Shown: positions 1 to 8,513 of the stretch, one piece after another | How positions within the stretch are numbered: the first letter of the stretch is position 1 | Layout of the letters: each line of letters begins with the position of its first letter | Origin: a candidate division WOR-3 bacterium | Lineage (GTDB): Bacteria; Hydrothermota; Tepidihabitantia; Tepidihabitantales; Tepidihabitantaceae | Direction: 5' to 3' | NCBI GenBank assembly: GCA_965648905.1 | Contig: CBFGIT010000025.1 | Span: forward strand, 1 to 34,929 | DNA length: 34,929 bases | The notes under the pieces: generated by a model | Database searches by the model: none | Seen by the model: only the letters and a program-made list of their open reading frames with translations | Told to the model about the DNA's origin: nothing | Position numbers and translations under genes: made by a program

Positions 1-38
1 CAGGGCGGCGAGAAGAAACTCGCCGCCCTGTTCTTGTT
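1..38 (+). terminator. Intrinsic terminator-like hairpin of a gene upstream of the window
   Basis: Perfect 12-bp stem CAGGGCGGCGAG (1-12) / CTCGCCGCCCTG (19-30), 6-nt loop, followed by TTCTTGTT. Confidence 0.7.
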
Positions 39-96
39 CGAATGGGGCCCACGGCTATGCCAGAAATGGCCGGCCTCTGACCAGAGAGTTCCTCCT

Positions 97-372
97 GCGG
101 CTTGCGGCGCGGATTGGAAGGCGGCTTGCCGAGCGACGCCCGAAGCGGCTTGGCAAGCGACGCCCGAAGCGACTCAGGCTGCGCACCCGAGAGCGCAGTG
201 CCGAGCCGCAAGGAGAGCCGAAAGGGCTGCGCCTCGGGTCGCGACAGTCGCCGGGGCTCGGGCCACGCCGGCCTGAGCCGCGGCCCAAGCCGCAGGGAAA
301 GCCGCGCCGAGAGCGCTTCAGGGTTCGCTCCGGGTAGCGGTTCCCTGAGCCGTATAGGGAACCGTTCCCCCC
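97..372. repeat. Degenerate 12-bp periodic tandem array A (23 units)
   Basis: In-phase 12-mers, most starting GC[GC]: gcggcttgcggc gcggattggaag gcggcttgccga gcgacgcccgaa gcggcttggcaa gcgacgcccgaa gcgactcaggct ... gccgtataggga. Confidence 0.8.
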
Positions 373-526
373 GGGGGGTCTGAATGCCGGCCCATTTTCA
401 GCTAACTCCTTGATACTCAGAGTTTTGAGCCTCAAAACCGGCCAAATCGCCATTATACAATCCTGCAGGGTGCCCTTGAGCCGCTACTCGTGAAGCATAC
501 CCAGACCGCATCGATGTGCGGTCGGG

Positions 527-2602
527 TCAGCGTCGGAGCACGAGTTTCCGCGTAGTGGTACGACCGTCGACGGTCAGTCTGAGCAGATAGACGCCAGCCG
601 GCATTGCGCCATGGTCAAGGGGGAGAGCGGAGTGATGAGCAATGAGTGATGAGTGATGAACGAGCCGACCTGAGGCGTCGTAGATGCTGAGGCGGGCACG
701 GTCGGATACGGGCGAGCCGGCAGAGGCAGCGAGCATGGCTAGAGCAGTCTGCCCGTTTGGGGACTGAAGTGTGCCAGGGCCCGAGCCCGCCAGGGTCGTT
801 TCCGTGACCGTGCAGGTCCAGAGTTCGCGGGTCTTGTTACCTTTGAGCGCGAAGAACCGGCCCGGTGTGCCGAACGGGTCAAGGCAGAGGTCGCCGCCGT
901 GGTTGACTCGCTTCTTGCGGCCGGTCGTGCCGAACGAGGGTATCGTGTCTTTCTCAGTCCAGGTGCTCGTGGCCGGGTCGAAGACCCAGAACTCGCCGGT
1001 GTTGCCGCCCTTGAGCGCGTAAATCCTGCCGTTGTAGACCGCGGCGCTTGAGCCGTCTTTGGCTTTCTTCTTCCGGCCCGCAGAGTTGTAGAGCGGGAGT
1101 GCGGGCAGGGGTGTGGTTGACCATTTCTGGGTGGCGAGGTCGAAGGCGAAGAATTCGTGGTAGCCGGCTTTGTGGCAGTAGATTCTGTCGCCGACATGGG
1201 CGAGCCAGGAGCCGTACTTGTACTTTGGTTTGGTGCCGGCCGGAGCGTTTTCGAGTTGCTGCCATCGGCCGGCCGCGATGTCGTAGCGGTAGAACTCGGT
1301 CAGCTCGCCTTTGAGCAGGTAAAGGTGGCCTTCACCGGAGTCGGCCGAAGTCGGCACGTAGACAAGGTCGGACCCGCCCTTGACGTTCTTACCGCTGGGC
1401 CCGGGTGGTACGCGGTCGAGTGCCGACCACGTGCCTGATGGAATGTCATAACACAAAAACCAGTGGGTGTTGTTGCCGAGCACGACATAGACCCGGCGGC
1501 CGGCACAGACGCCGCGACCGCCCTTGTCGGTCTCGTTCGGGCCGGGTGTGCCCTGGCCCAGTCCGAGCAGCACGGCCCAGGAGTCGGTGAGCGGGTTGTA
1601 GGAGTAGAAGTCGCCGGTCTTCTGGCCCTTGGCGGCGTAGATTAGTCCGTTGGCTTCGCAGGCGGCCAGCCAGCCGCCGCGCTTGACGTCTTTGCCTGAA
1701 GGCTGCAAAGGCATGGGGCACTTCTCGGTCCAGCGGCTCGGGCTGGGCGGAGGTTCTTTGACCTGGAAGGGAAGCGCAACTGAGTTGTTGGCCGGCCAGG
1801 TGTCGCCCGGCTGGTACACGCTGCAGCGGGCGACAAACCGGCCGAGCCGGGCGGTCCACGAGGCGAAGTTCAGGGTGAGCGAGTCGCCGGGCAGAACGAG
1901 CGTTTGAACCGAGTCGGAAAGGTAGGCGGTGCGAAGCTGGATGTCGTCAAGACAGATGCCGGTGCCGGCCTGGCCGCTGCGCATCCGGTACTGGAACCCG
2001 ATGTACACCCAGGTGTCGCCGACCGACGAGAAATCGGCCCAGCCGGGCAGGTAGATGGAATTGTTGAAGTCGAAGGCCTGAAGCAGGTGAATGAAAGACG
2101 CCGGCGATGAGTCGGCAAGCGAGACCCGGACACGGAGCGATTCCATCTGCGGCCCCAGTGCCCGGAACCAGAAGAAGAGCGTGTCGCGGGCGGTGACCTT
2201 CACCCGGGGCGAGATGAGCCAGTCGTCGTTGTCGAGCAGGGTTACCTCGCGCCGGCAGGCGGCATGATTGGGCGGAGTAAGCGGGAACGAGCTGTCGCGC
2301 AGCCAGGTTGAACTGCCACCATCCATGTCAAACACCTGCCAGTTGGCCGGGGGCCAGAGCAGTGAGTCGGTGAACGACTCCAGTATGCCGCCGCCGGGCC
2401 GTTCAATCGAGAAGAAGGTGGTGATGCTGTCGGCGGAGTCGCCGAAGTTGGCAATCCGGGCACGGGGCTGCATCAGGCCCGGATTGATTTCGCTTGTCGG
2501 GGCGATGATACCGACAACGCCGGCATCAGGCCCGGCCTGCAATGACGCGGGCACGAGCAGTGCTGTCAGGACGAACCGGCTGAGCCATCGGCAAGAGAAC
2601 AT
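527..2602 (-). CDS. Secreted protein: Ig/CARDB-like domain with nested cleaved-adhesin-like domain, Kelch-like beta-propeller and C-terminal T9SS/FlgD-like sorting domain
   Basis: Signal peptide (…ASLQA); DDWLISP and LDDI adhesin motifs; repeated LKG..T.EF and K.VKGG Kelch-like blades; C-terminus IYDASGRLV…AGVYLLRL…TRKLVLRR; AGGAG upstream of ATG. Confidence 0.8.
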   Translation of the reverse strand: MFSCRWLSRFVLTALLVPASLQAGPDAGVVGIIAPTSEINPGLMQPRARIANFGDSADSITTFFSIERPGGGILESFTDSLLWPPANWQVFDMDGGSSTWLRDSSFPLTPPNHAACRREVTLLDNDDWLISPRVKVTARDTLFFWFRALGPQMESLRVRVSLADSSPASFIHLLQAFDFNNSIYLPGWADFSSVGDTWVYIGFQYRMRSGQAGTGICLDDIQLRTAYLSDSVQTLVLPGDSLTLNFASWTARLGRFVARCSVYQPGDTWPANNSVALPFQVKEPPPSPSRWTEKCPMPLQPSGKDVKRGGWLAACEANGLIYAAKGQKTGDFYSYNPLTDSWAVLLGLGQGTPGPNETDKGGRGVCAGRRVYVVLGNNTHWFLCYDIPSGTWSALDRVPPGPSGKNVKGGSDLVYVPTSADSGEGHLYLLKGELTEFYRYDIAAGRWQQLENAPAGTKPKYKYGSWLAHVGDRIYCHKAGYHEFFAFDLATQKWSTTPLPALPLYNSAGRKKKAKDGSSAAVYNGRIYALKGGNTGEFWVFDPATSTWTEKDTIPSFGTTGRKKRVNHGGDLCLDPFGTPGRFFALKGNKTRELWTCTVTETTLAGSGPGTLQSPNGQTALAMLAASAGSPVSDRARLSIYDASGRLVHHSSLIAHHSALPLDHGAMPAGVYLLRLTVDGRTTTRKLVLRR
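631..665. repeat. Heptamer micro-array within the C-terminal domain of the Kelch protein
   Basis: agtgatg agcaatg agtgatg agtgatg aacgagc; read on the minus strand as HHSSLIAHH. Confidence 0.65.
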
Positions 2603-2703
2603 GCCACGCTCCTTTGTTCAGTCTGGGCTGGGTGGTCGGTACAGGGAACGGCGATGCAAGTCCGGTTTGATGGGACTGACGTGAATGTAGACATCGCCAA
2701 GAC

Positions 2704-2731
2704 ATAGTACCACATGGCCCGGCGTTGTCTA
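2704..2731 (-). promoter_or_regulatory. sigma70-like promoter of the Kelch gene
   Basis: TAGACA-N16-TACTAT with extended -10 TG on the minus strand. Confidence 0.55.
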
Positions 2732-2763
2732 TGTCGGCTTGGTTGCCCGGCGCAACAATACGT

Positions 2764-3342
2764 CTAGCGGACTTCGGCGAATTTGGGGCGGGCGAACACG
2801 ACCCGGCCGACGTCGGTGTCGAGCGCGCCGCTGATGACGACCTCGATCTCGTTGCCCAGGAATCCGGCCGCGTGTTCGACCACGACCTTGACGCCGCCCT
2901 CGAGGTAGCCGATACCTTCGTTCTTCTCCTTGCCTTTCTTGGTAATCCGCAGCTTCAGCTCGGTGCCGGGCAGGTAGGTCGGCTTGAAGAACTGGTAGAT
3001 GTCGAGGGTCAGGATCGCGGGCAGCGGTGCCGCGGCCGCCTTCAGGTCGGCGCACGAGGTGATGAGCAGGGCCTTGTTGCGACGCAGGGCAGCGAGCAGA
3101 CCTTCCCGCGTGGTCAGCTTTCGGTCGAGTTTGACCGTAATTCCCTTGATTGCCTTGAGCCGGTCAATCGTTTCCCAGGCCCGGCGACTTCGGTGGTCGT
3201 TTTCGCCGTCGGTCTTGACCGCGGGCGGTTCGGGAAGCAGGAACTGCCCGGTGACCAGTCCGAGTGCGAGAAACTCGGCAATTCGCGGGTCGCTCATCGT
3301 GTCAATGTCCATGACAAACGTCTTCTTAGCACCAAAGAGCAT
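2764..3342 (-). CDS. YacL-like PIN/TRAM protein, soluble, with degenerate PIN
   Basis: C-terminal TRAM (LPGTELKLRITKKGKEKNEGIGYLEGGVKVVVE…GRVVFAR); directly downstream of radA as for yacL; start placed at MLFGAKK after GGAGGA. Confidence 0.8.
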   Translation of the reverse strand: MLFGAKKTFVMDIDTMSDPRIAEFLALGLVTGQFLLPEPPAVKTDGENDHRSRRAWETIDRLKAIKGITVKLDRKLTTREGLLAALRRNKALLITSCADLKAAAAPLPAILTLDIYQFFKPTYLPGTELKLRITKKGKEKNEGIGYLEGGVKVVVEHAAGFLGNEIEVVISGALDTDVGRVVFARPKFAEVR

Positions 3343-3404
3343 CAATCCTCCACCCCGGAGTCGTCTCCGGGTCGGTTGTGAACATTTTCTCAGCAGGTCG
3401 GGCG

Positions 3405-4778
3405 CTACCCGCCATACAGGTCCGCACATTCGAGGGCCGCTCGTACGGTCTCGACGCCGATTGCCTGAGTGCCGGCCCGGCGCAGACGCGGACTGAGGCT
3501 GCGCCGGGGCATGACCACGCGCTTGAAGCCGAGCCGGGCTGCTTCGGCCAGCCGCGACTCGGTTCGCGCCACGGACCGGACTTCGCCGCCGAGCCCGGCC
3601 TCGCCGATAAACACGGTGTCGTCGGGCAGGGGCCGGTTGCGCAGGGCCGAGCCGAGCGCAGCGAGCACGCCTAGGTCAACAGCCGGCTCAGTGAGTTTGA
3701 GACCGCCGGCGACGTTCAGGAAGATGTCCTGACCGGTGGCGCCGATGCCGGCCCGGCGTTCCAGCACACAGAGCAGCATGTTGAGGCGCCGGGTGTCGAA
3801 GCCGGTTGTCACCCGCTGGGGCAGCGCATAAGGCGTGGCCGCGGCCAGAGCTTGAATCTCGACCAGCAGGGGCCGTGACCCTTCGACCGTGGCAACCACA
3901 GCCGAGCCGGCCACGTCGGCCCGACGGCCGGACAGAAAGAACTCGGAGGGGTTGGCCACCTCGACCAGTCCGGCGTCGGTCATCTCGAAGACGCCGATTT
4001 CGTTGGTCGAGCCGTAGCGGTTCTTGGCCGCCCGGACGATGCGATATTGCTGGAAGCCTTCGCCCTCGAAGTAGAGCACGGTGTCGACCATGTGCTCGAG
4101 GGTCTTGGGCCCGGCAATCGCGCCGTACTTGGTGACGTGGCCGACGATGAACGTGGTCACGGTGCGGGACTTGGCTAGGCGCAGCAGCTCGGCGGTACAC
4201 TCGCGCACCTGTCCCACGCTGCCGGGCGCGCCCGCCAGGCTGGCGCGGAACACGGTCTGCACCGAGTCGACGACCAGGAGTCCGGGCTCGACTTCTTCGA
4301 CCGCGGCGAGGATGTCGTCCAGGTCGATGGCACAAAGGATGTCAATCCCGGTGCTCTGAACGTTAAGCCGAAGAGCCCGCAGCCGGACCTGTTCGGCCGA
4401 TTCCTCGCCGGTGACGTAGAGAACCCGGGTGCCGGTCCGCGCCAGTCGGTCGCATACCTGCAGGGTGAGCGTGGACTTGCCGATGCCCGGTTCACCACCC
4501 ACGAGGAGCATCGAGCCGGGCACGAGCCCGCCACCGAGTACCCGGTCGAGTTCAGCGATGCCGGTCGGCGTGCGCGGAGCCGGCCGGGTCGGAACCTGGG
4601 CGAGTTTGACGGGCCGGGCGCCTGCGGTCGAAACGGTCACCCGGTCGTTGCTCCGGGACTTTCGGGCGGTGCGCTGCTCTTCGACCAGGCTGTTCCACTG
4701 GCCGCAGTTCGGACAGCGGCCGAGCCAGCGGGGTGTCTCGAACCCGCATTCCTGGCAGACGTAGACCGAGCGCTTCAC
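3405..4778 (-). CDS. radA: DNA repair protein RadA/Sms
   Basis: CQECG…CPNC zinc finger, Walker A GEPGIGKST, KNRYG motif, Lon-like C-terminal domain. Confidence 0.97.
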   Translation of the reverse strand: MKRSVYVCQECGFETPRWLGRCPNCGQWNSLVEEQRTARKSRSNDRVTVSTAGARPVKLAQVPTRPAPRTPTGIAELDRVLGGGLVPGSMLLVGGEPGIGKSTLTLQVCDRLARTGTRVLYVTGEESAEQVRLRALRLNVQSTGIDILCAIDLDDILAAVEEVEPGLLVVDSVQTVFRASLAGAPGSVGQVRECTAELLRLAKSRTVTTFIVGHVTKYGAIAGPKTLEHMVDTVLYFEGEGFQQYRIVRAAKNRYGSTNEIGVFEMTDAGLVEVANPSEFFLSGRRADVAGSAVVATVEGSRPLLVEIQALAAATPYALPQRVTTGFDTRRLNMLLCVLERRAGIGATGQDIFLNVAGGLKLTEPAVDLGVLAALGSALRNRPLPDDTVFIGEAGLGGEVRSVARTESRLAEAARLGFKRVVMPRRSLSPRLRRAGTQAIGVETVRAALECADLYGG

Positions 4779-4878
4779 CGTGACCAGTCACCGTGCGGCG
4801 ATGACCCGGCCTCAATGACCAATGACCAATGGGTCGGCAGCGTTGCTGCTGTCGTTCTGTCTGGCGACCGGTTACTGG

Positions 4879-6294
4879 TCATTCCGGCAGCATGTCGTCC
4901 GGGGCTTCGACGCCGGGCGGTTCGGGGATTTCCCGAACAAACGGGTTCTCAAACCTCATGCACGGTCCCAGAAACGCGAGTTCAATCGTGCCGAGCGGAC
5001 CGTTGCGCTGCTTGGCAATCATCAATTCGGCCCGGCCCCGGACGCTTTCGTCTTCGGGACGGTAGAACTCGGCCCGGTAGAGCAGGAGGACGAGGTCCGC
5101 GTCCTGCTCGATGGCGCCGGACTCGCGCAGGTCGGAAAGCTGCGGACGTCGGTCAGTTCTGGCTTCGGGCGCGCGCGAGAGCTGGGAGATGGCGATGACC
5201 GGGACGGCAAGTTCCTTGGCCATCGCCTTGAGTGCTCGAGTAGTGTCCGATATCTCCTGCTGCCGGTTGCGGTCGCGCCGGCCCTCACCGTGTGCCTCCA
5301 TGAGCTGAAGATAGTCGATGACCACGAGTCCGACCGGGACTTCGGACTTGAGTCTCCGGGCGCGGGCCCGGATGTCGAGCGCGTTGAGACCAGGCGAGTC
5401 GTCAATGAAGACCTGGGCCTCGGCCAGGGGGCCGAGCGCGGCGACGAGCTTGGCCCGTTCCTGGGGTGTGAGCCGGCCCCGACGCAGGTTGGCCATCGAG
5501 ATGCCGGCTTCCGAGCACATCAGACGCTGGACCAGCGCTTCGGTCGACATCTCCAGGCTGAAGACCGCGACCGGGATGTTGCGCCGGGTGCTGGCGTTGA
5601 TGGCGACGTTCAGGGCAAACGCGGTCTTGCCCATGCTCGGCCGACCGGCGACGATAATCAGCTCGCCGGACTGCAGACCCGAGGTCTTTTCGTCGAGCTC
5701 GTGGAATCCGGTTTCGACCCCGGTGACGAACCGGCGCTCGGCCAGCGCCTGCTCGACGCGCTCCATCTCGGTCATCAGCAGGTCCTTGACCCGGCTGAAT
5801 CCCTTGCGATAGCCGCTTTCACGAATCTCGAAGATCTTCTGCTCGGCTTCTTCCAGCAGTTCGCTCGCGCGCCGCGCATCATCATAGCCGGCCTGAACAA
5901 TCTCGGTCGCGGTCTGGATGAGCTGGCGCTGGACCGACTTCTCGAGTACCAGCCGGGCGTGTTCTTCGCAGTGGGCGGTAGTGAGTACGGTGTCGAGCAG
6001 GGCGGAGAGGAACGGCGGCCCGCCGACCGCGTCGAGTTCCTTCATCCGCTTCAGTTCTGCGGTCACGGTGACGATGTCGGTCGGCGAGGTTCGCTCGAAC
6101 AGGTTCAGGATTGCTTGGTAGACCTTGCGGTGGCTGAGCAGATAGAAATGCTCGGGCTTGAGGTACTGTATGACGACCGGCACGGTCTCGGGCTCAAGCA
6201 GCATCGCGCCCAGGACCGCGGCCTCGGCCTCAAGCGCCTGGGGCGGGCGCCGACCAGCGGGGTTGTTCCGCTCGAGGTCCGTGTCGGTCTTCAT
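4879..6294 (-). CDS. dnaB: Replicative DNA helicase DnaB
   Basis: PPQALEAEAAVLG, AGRPSMGKT, DYLQLM, SQLSR, LSDLRESGAIEQDAD, KQRNGP; start placed at the ATG just after the coaBC stop; no intein. Confidence 0.97.
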   Translation of the reverse strand: MKTDTDLERNNPAGRRPPQALEAEAAVLGAMLLEPETVPVVIQYLKPEHFYLLSHRKVYQAILNLFERTSPTDIVTVTAELKRMKELDAVGGPPFLSALLDTVLTTAHCEEHARLVLEKSVQRQLIQTATEIVQAGYDDARRASELLEEAEQKIFEIRESGYRKGFSRVKDLLMTEMERVEQALAERRFVTGVETGFHELDEKTSGLQSGELIIVAGRPSMGKTAFALNVAINASTRRNIPVAVFSLEMSTEALVQRLMCSEAGISMANLRRGRLTPQERAKLVAALGPLAEAQVFIDDSPGLNALDIRARARRLKSEVPVGLVVIDYLQLMEAHGEGRRDRNRQQEISDTTRALKAMAKELAVPVIAISQLSRAPEARTDRRPQLSDLRESGAIEQDADLVLLLYRAEFYRPEDESVRGRAELMIAKQRNGPLGTIELAFLGPCMRFENPFVREIPEPPGVEAPDDMLPE

Positions 6295-6295
6295 T

Positions 6296-7588
6296 TCAGG
6301 AGCGTCTGAGAAGTCGTGCTTTCCGGCGGTGTGCCAGTTGGGCAATCTCGGCCACGAGCAGACGCGCGAAGTCGGACTTGGTCATGCGGGGCAGAGCCCG
6401 ACGCCGGCCGTTACCAAACAGCAGGGTCGGTCGGATGAGTTCTGACCCGGGGGTAGCGAGCGGATTGGCCACGACCAGGTCAAGGCGCTTGCGTTGCAGC
6501 TTGAGGCGGGCCCGGCTGAGCGAATCGTCGAGCGAGAAGCCGACGACCAGGGCATGGTGTTCGGTGGTGCTCACGGTTCTCAGTATATCGGGCGTGCGTT
6601 CGAGTTCAACGGTCAGGTTCGGGCCCGAGTACTTGCGCGGGAGCGGACGTGCCGGCCGGAAGTCGGCGACCGCCGCACACATTACGAGGACGTCGGTTCG
6701 GGGCAGATCGGACATCACCGCATCGAGCATCTCGGCGGTTGACCGGACCAGCGTCGTTTCGACCCCGGTCGGCAGCGACGTCGAGACCGGGCCGGCGACA
6801 AGCCTCACCGTTGCGCCCGCGGCAGAGAGGCTGGCGGCCACCGCAATACCCATCCGACCGGAAGAGCGGTTGGTGATCACCCGCACCGGGTCGATCTCCT
6901 CTTCGGTTCGACCGGTCGTGACCAGGGCTCGGAACCCGGCCAGCGAAACGTCGGGCGAACGGGCCGGTGCATCCAGGCCGAGCGCGGTTCGGCAGTGGCA
7001 GAAGATATCCTGCGGCTCGGCCATCCGACCAGCGCCGTGTGTTCCGCAGGCCAGCTCCCCGGTTCCGGGCGCGACGAATCGATACCCGAACTCACGCAGC
7101 CTTGTGACGTTAGCCTGAACCGAAGGATGCTGCCACATATTCACGTTCATTGCCGGAGCGAGCAGCACGCGACCGGAACGGAGTGTTGCAGCCGGGACCG
7201 CGAGTAACAGAGTCGAAACGAGGTCGTCGGCCACGCCCGATGCCAGCTTGCCCAGGATGTTGGCCGTGGCCGGAGCGACGACAACAAGGTCGGCTGAGGC
7301 GGCCAGGTCAACGTGAATGACCGGCGGCTCTTTTCCGGCTGCGGGCCGGACTTGGGCACGGGTGTGAGGAAACAGTTCAAGCGCGACCGGGTTGCCGCTC
7401 AGGGTGCGAAATGACTCCGGGCCGACGAACCGGCGCGCGGCCCGAGTCATGGCGACAACAACGTTCCAGCCGGCCCGCCGCATCAGCCGGACAAGCTCCA
7501 GCGTCTTGTACGCGGCAATGCCGCCGGTCACTGCCAGGAGCACGCGCCGGTCCGCCGGCCGGCGAGCCCGGGCGCTGACGCCCGTCAT
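6296..7588 (-). CDS. coaBC: Bifunctional phosphopantothenoylcysteine decarboxylase/ligase
   Basis: TGGIAAYK, APATAN, APAMNVNMW, LACG, DPVRVITNRSSGRMG, AAVADF. Confidence 0.95.
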   Translation of the reverse strand: MTGVSARARRPADRRVLLAVTGGIAAYKTLELVRLMRRAGWNVVVAMTRAARRFVGPESFRTLSGNPVALELFPHTRAQVRPAAGKEPPVIHVDLAASADLVVVAPATANILGKLASGVADDLVSTLLLAVPAATLRSGRVLLAPAMNVNMWQHPSVQANVTRLREFGYRFVAPGTGELACGTHGAGRMAEPQDIFCHCRTALGLDAPARSPDVSLAGFRALVTTGRTEEEIDPVRVITNRSSGRMGIAVAASLSAAGATVRLVAGPVSTSLPTGVETTLVRSTAEMLDAVMSDLPRTDVLVMCAAVADFRPARPLPRKYSGPNLTVELERTPDILRTVSTTEHHALVVGFSLDDSLSRARLKLQRKRLDLVVANPLATPGSELIRPTLLFGNGRRRALPRMTKSDFARLLVAEIAQLAHRRKARLLRRS

Positions 7589-7612
7589 CTCTTGTGGCTG
7601 GTTGGTTCTGAC

Positions 7613-7876
7613 CTAGAGGCTGGGTGCCCGGCTGATCCCGGGTTCGTCAAACCCTTCGCGTGCCATCGCCTCGATATCGGCCTCGGTCAGCCGGGCGTGA
7701 GCCAGCTCGCCCCGGACGGTTCGTTCAAGCGCAATTTCATACGGGCTTCGGGGTAGTTGGACTTCATCATGCTGCATGTTCTCGATGATGCGCCGGGCCT
7801 CAAGCGCAGCTACGTTCAGGGCCAGGTACTTGTTCGGGTATCTCTTCCAAAGCTGTTCTGGTGATATCAACTTCAT
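7613..7876 (-). CDS. rpoZ: RNA polymerase omega subunit
   Basis: NKYLALNVAALEARRI…PYEIALE; conserved gmk-rpoZ-coaBC order; AGGAG before MKLISP. Confidence 0.8.
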   Translation of the reverse strand: MKLISPEQLWKRYPNKYLALNVAALEARRIIENMQHDEVQLPRSPYEIALERTVRGELAHARLTEADIEAMAREGFDEPGISRAPSL

Positions 7877-7880
7877 TCGG

Positions 7881-8513
7881 TCATCTCCTTGCATTGTCCG
7901 GCCGTGCAATCTTGCGGGCGGGGAACAGCCGCGTGGTTCTGAGCCGCTCGGCCCGGACGATTGCCATCACGTCCCGCACCGCGTTTTCCAGCCGGTCGTT
8001 CACGATCACATAGTCGAATTCAGGTATCGCAGCGAGCTCAGCGCCGAGCTCGGCCTCGCGGCAGGCAAGTGCCTCGGCTGAATCAGTACCCCGACTGCGC
8101 AGCCGGCGGGACAGCTCGCCGCGGCTCGGCACCGTAACGAAGACACCGACCGTGCCGGGCAGAGCCTGTTTGCAGGAGCGCATTCCCTGGATGTCAAGGT
8201 CGGCGACGACATCCCGGCCCCGGCCAAAGTGCTTCAGCACCGGTGTGCGGGGCGTGCCGTAGTGGTGTCCGTAGACCCGGGCATGTTCGAGCAGTGCGCC
8301 CTGCCTGACTTTCTTCATGAATTCGGACTCGGAATAGAAGAAGTAGCTTCGGCCGTGAACCTCGCCGCGGCGTCGGGGCCGGGTAGTTGCCGAGACCGAG
8401 TAAGCGAGGTTTCGATCCTGTTTGACCACTTCCCGCAGAATCGAGGTCTTGCCCGCGCCGGAAGGCGACGACAGGACGACAAGAAACGGCTGGTGGCGCC
8501 GGACCTTACTCAA
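7881..8513 (-). CDS. gmk: Guanylate kinase
   Basis: SSPSGAGKTS, SVSATTRPRRRGE, YGTP, FDYVIVND. Confidence 0.96.
   Translation of the reverse strand: MSKVRRHQPFLVVLSSPSGAGKTSILREVVKQDRNLAYSVSATTRPRRRGEVHGRSYFFYSESEFMKKVRQGALLEHARVYGHHYGTPRTPVLKHFGRGRDVVADLDIQGMRSCKQALPGTVGVFVTVPSRGELSRRLRSRGTDSAEALACREAELGAELAAIPEFDYVIVNDRLENAVRDVMAIVRAERLRTTRLFPARKIARPDNARR

Noticed and set aside
97..372. Arrays A, B or C as CRISPR
   Set aside because: No identical 23-47 bp repeats with unique spacers and no cas genes
4822..6309. 495-aa plus-strand ORF and similar long antisense ORFs (26028-27338, 17328-18224, 23547-24323)
   Set aside because: Shadow ORFs opposite well-conserved genes; expected from high-GC codon bias
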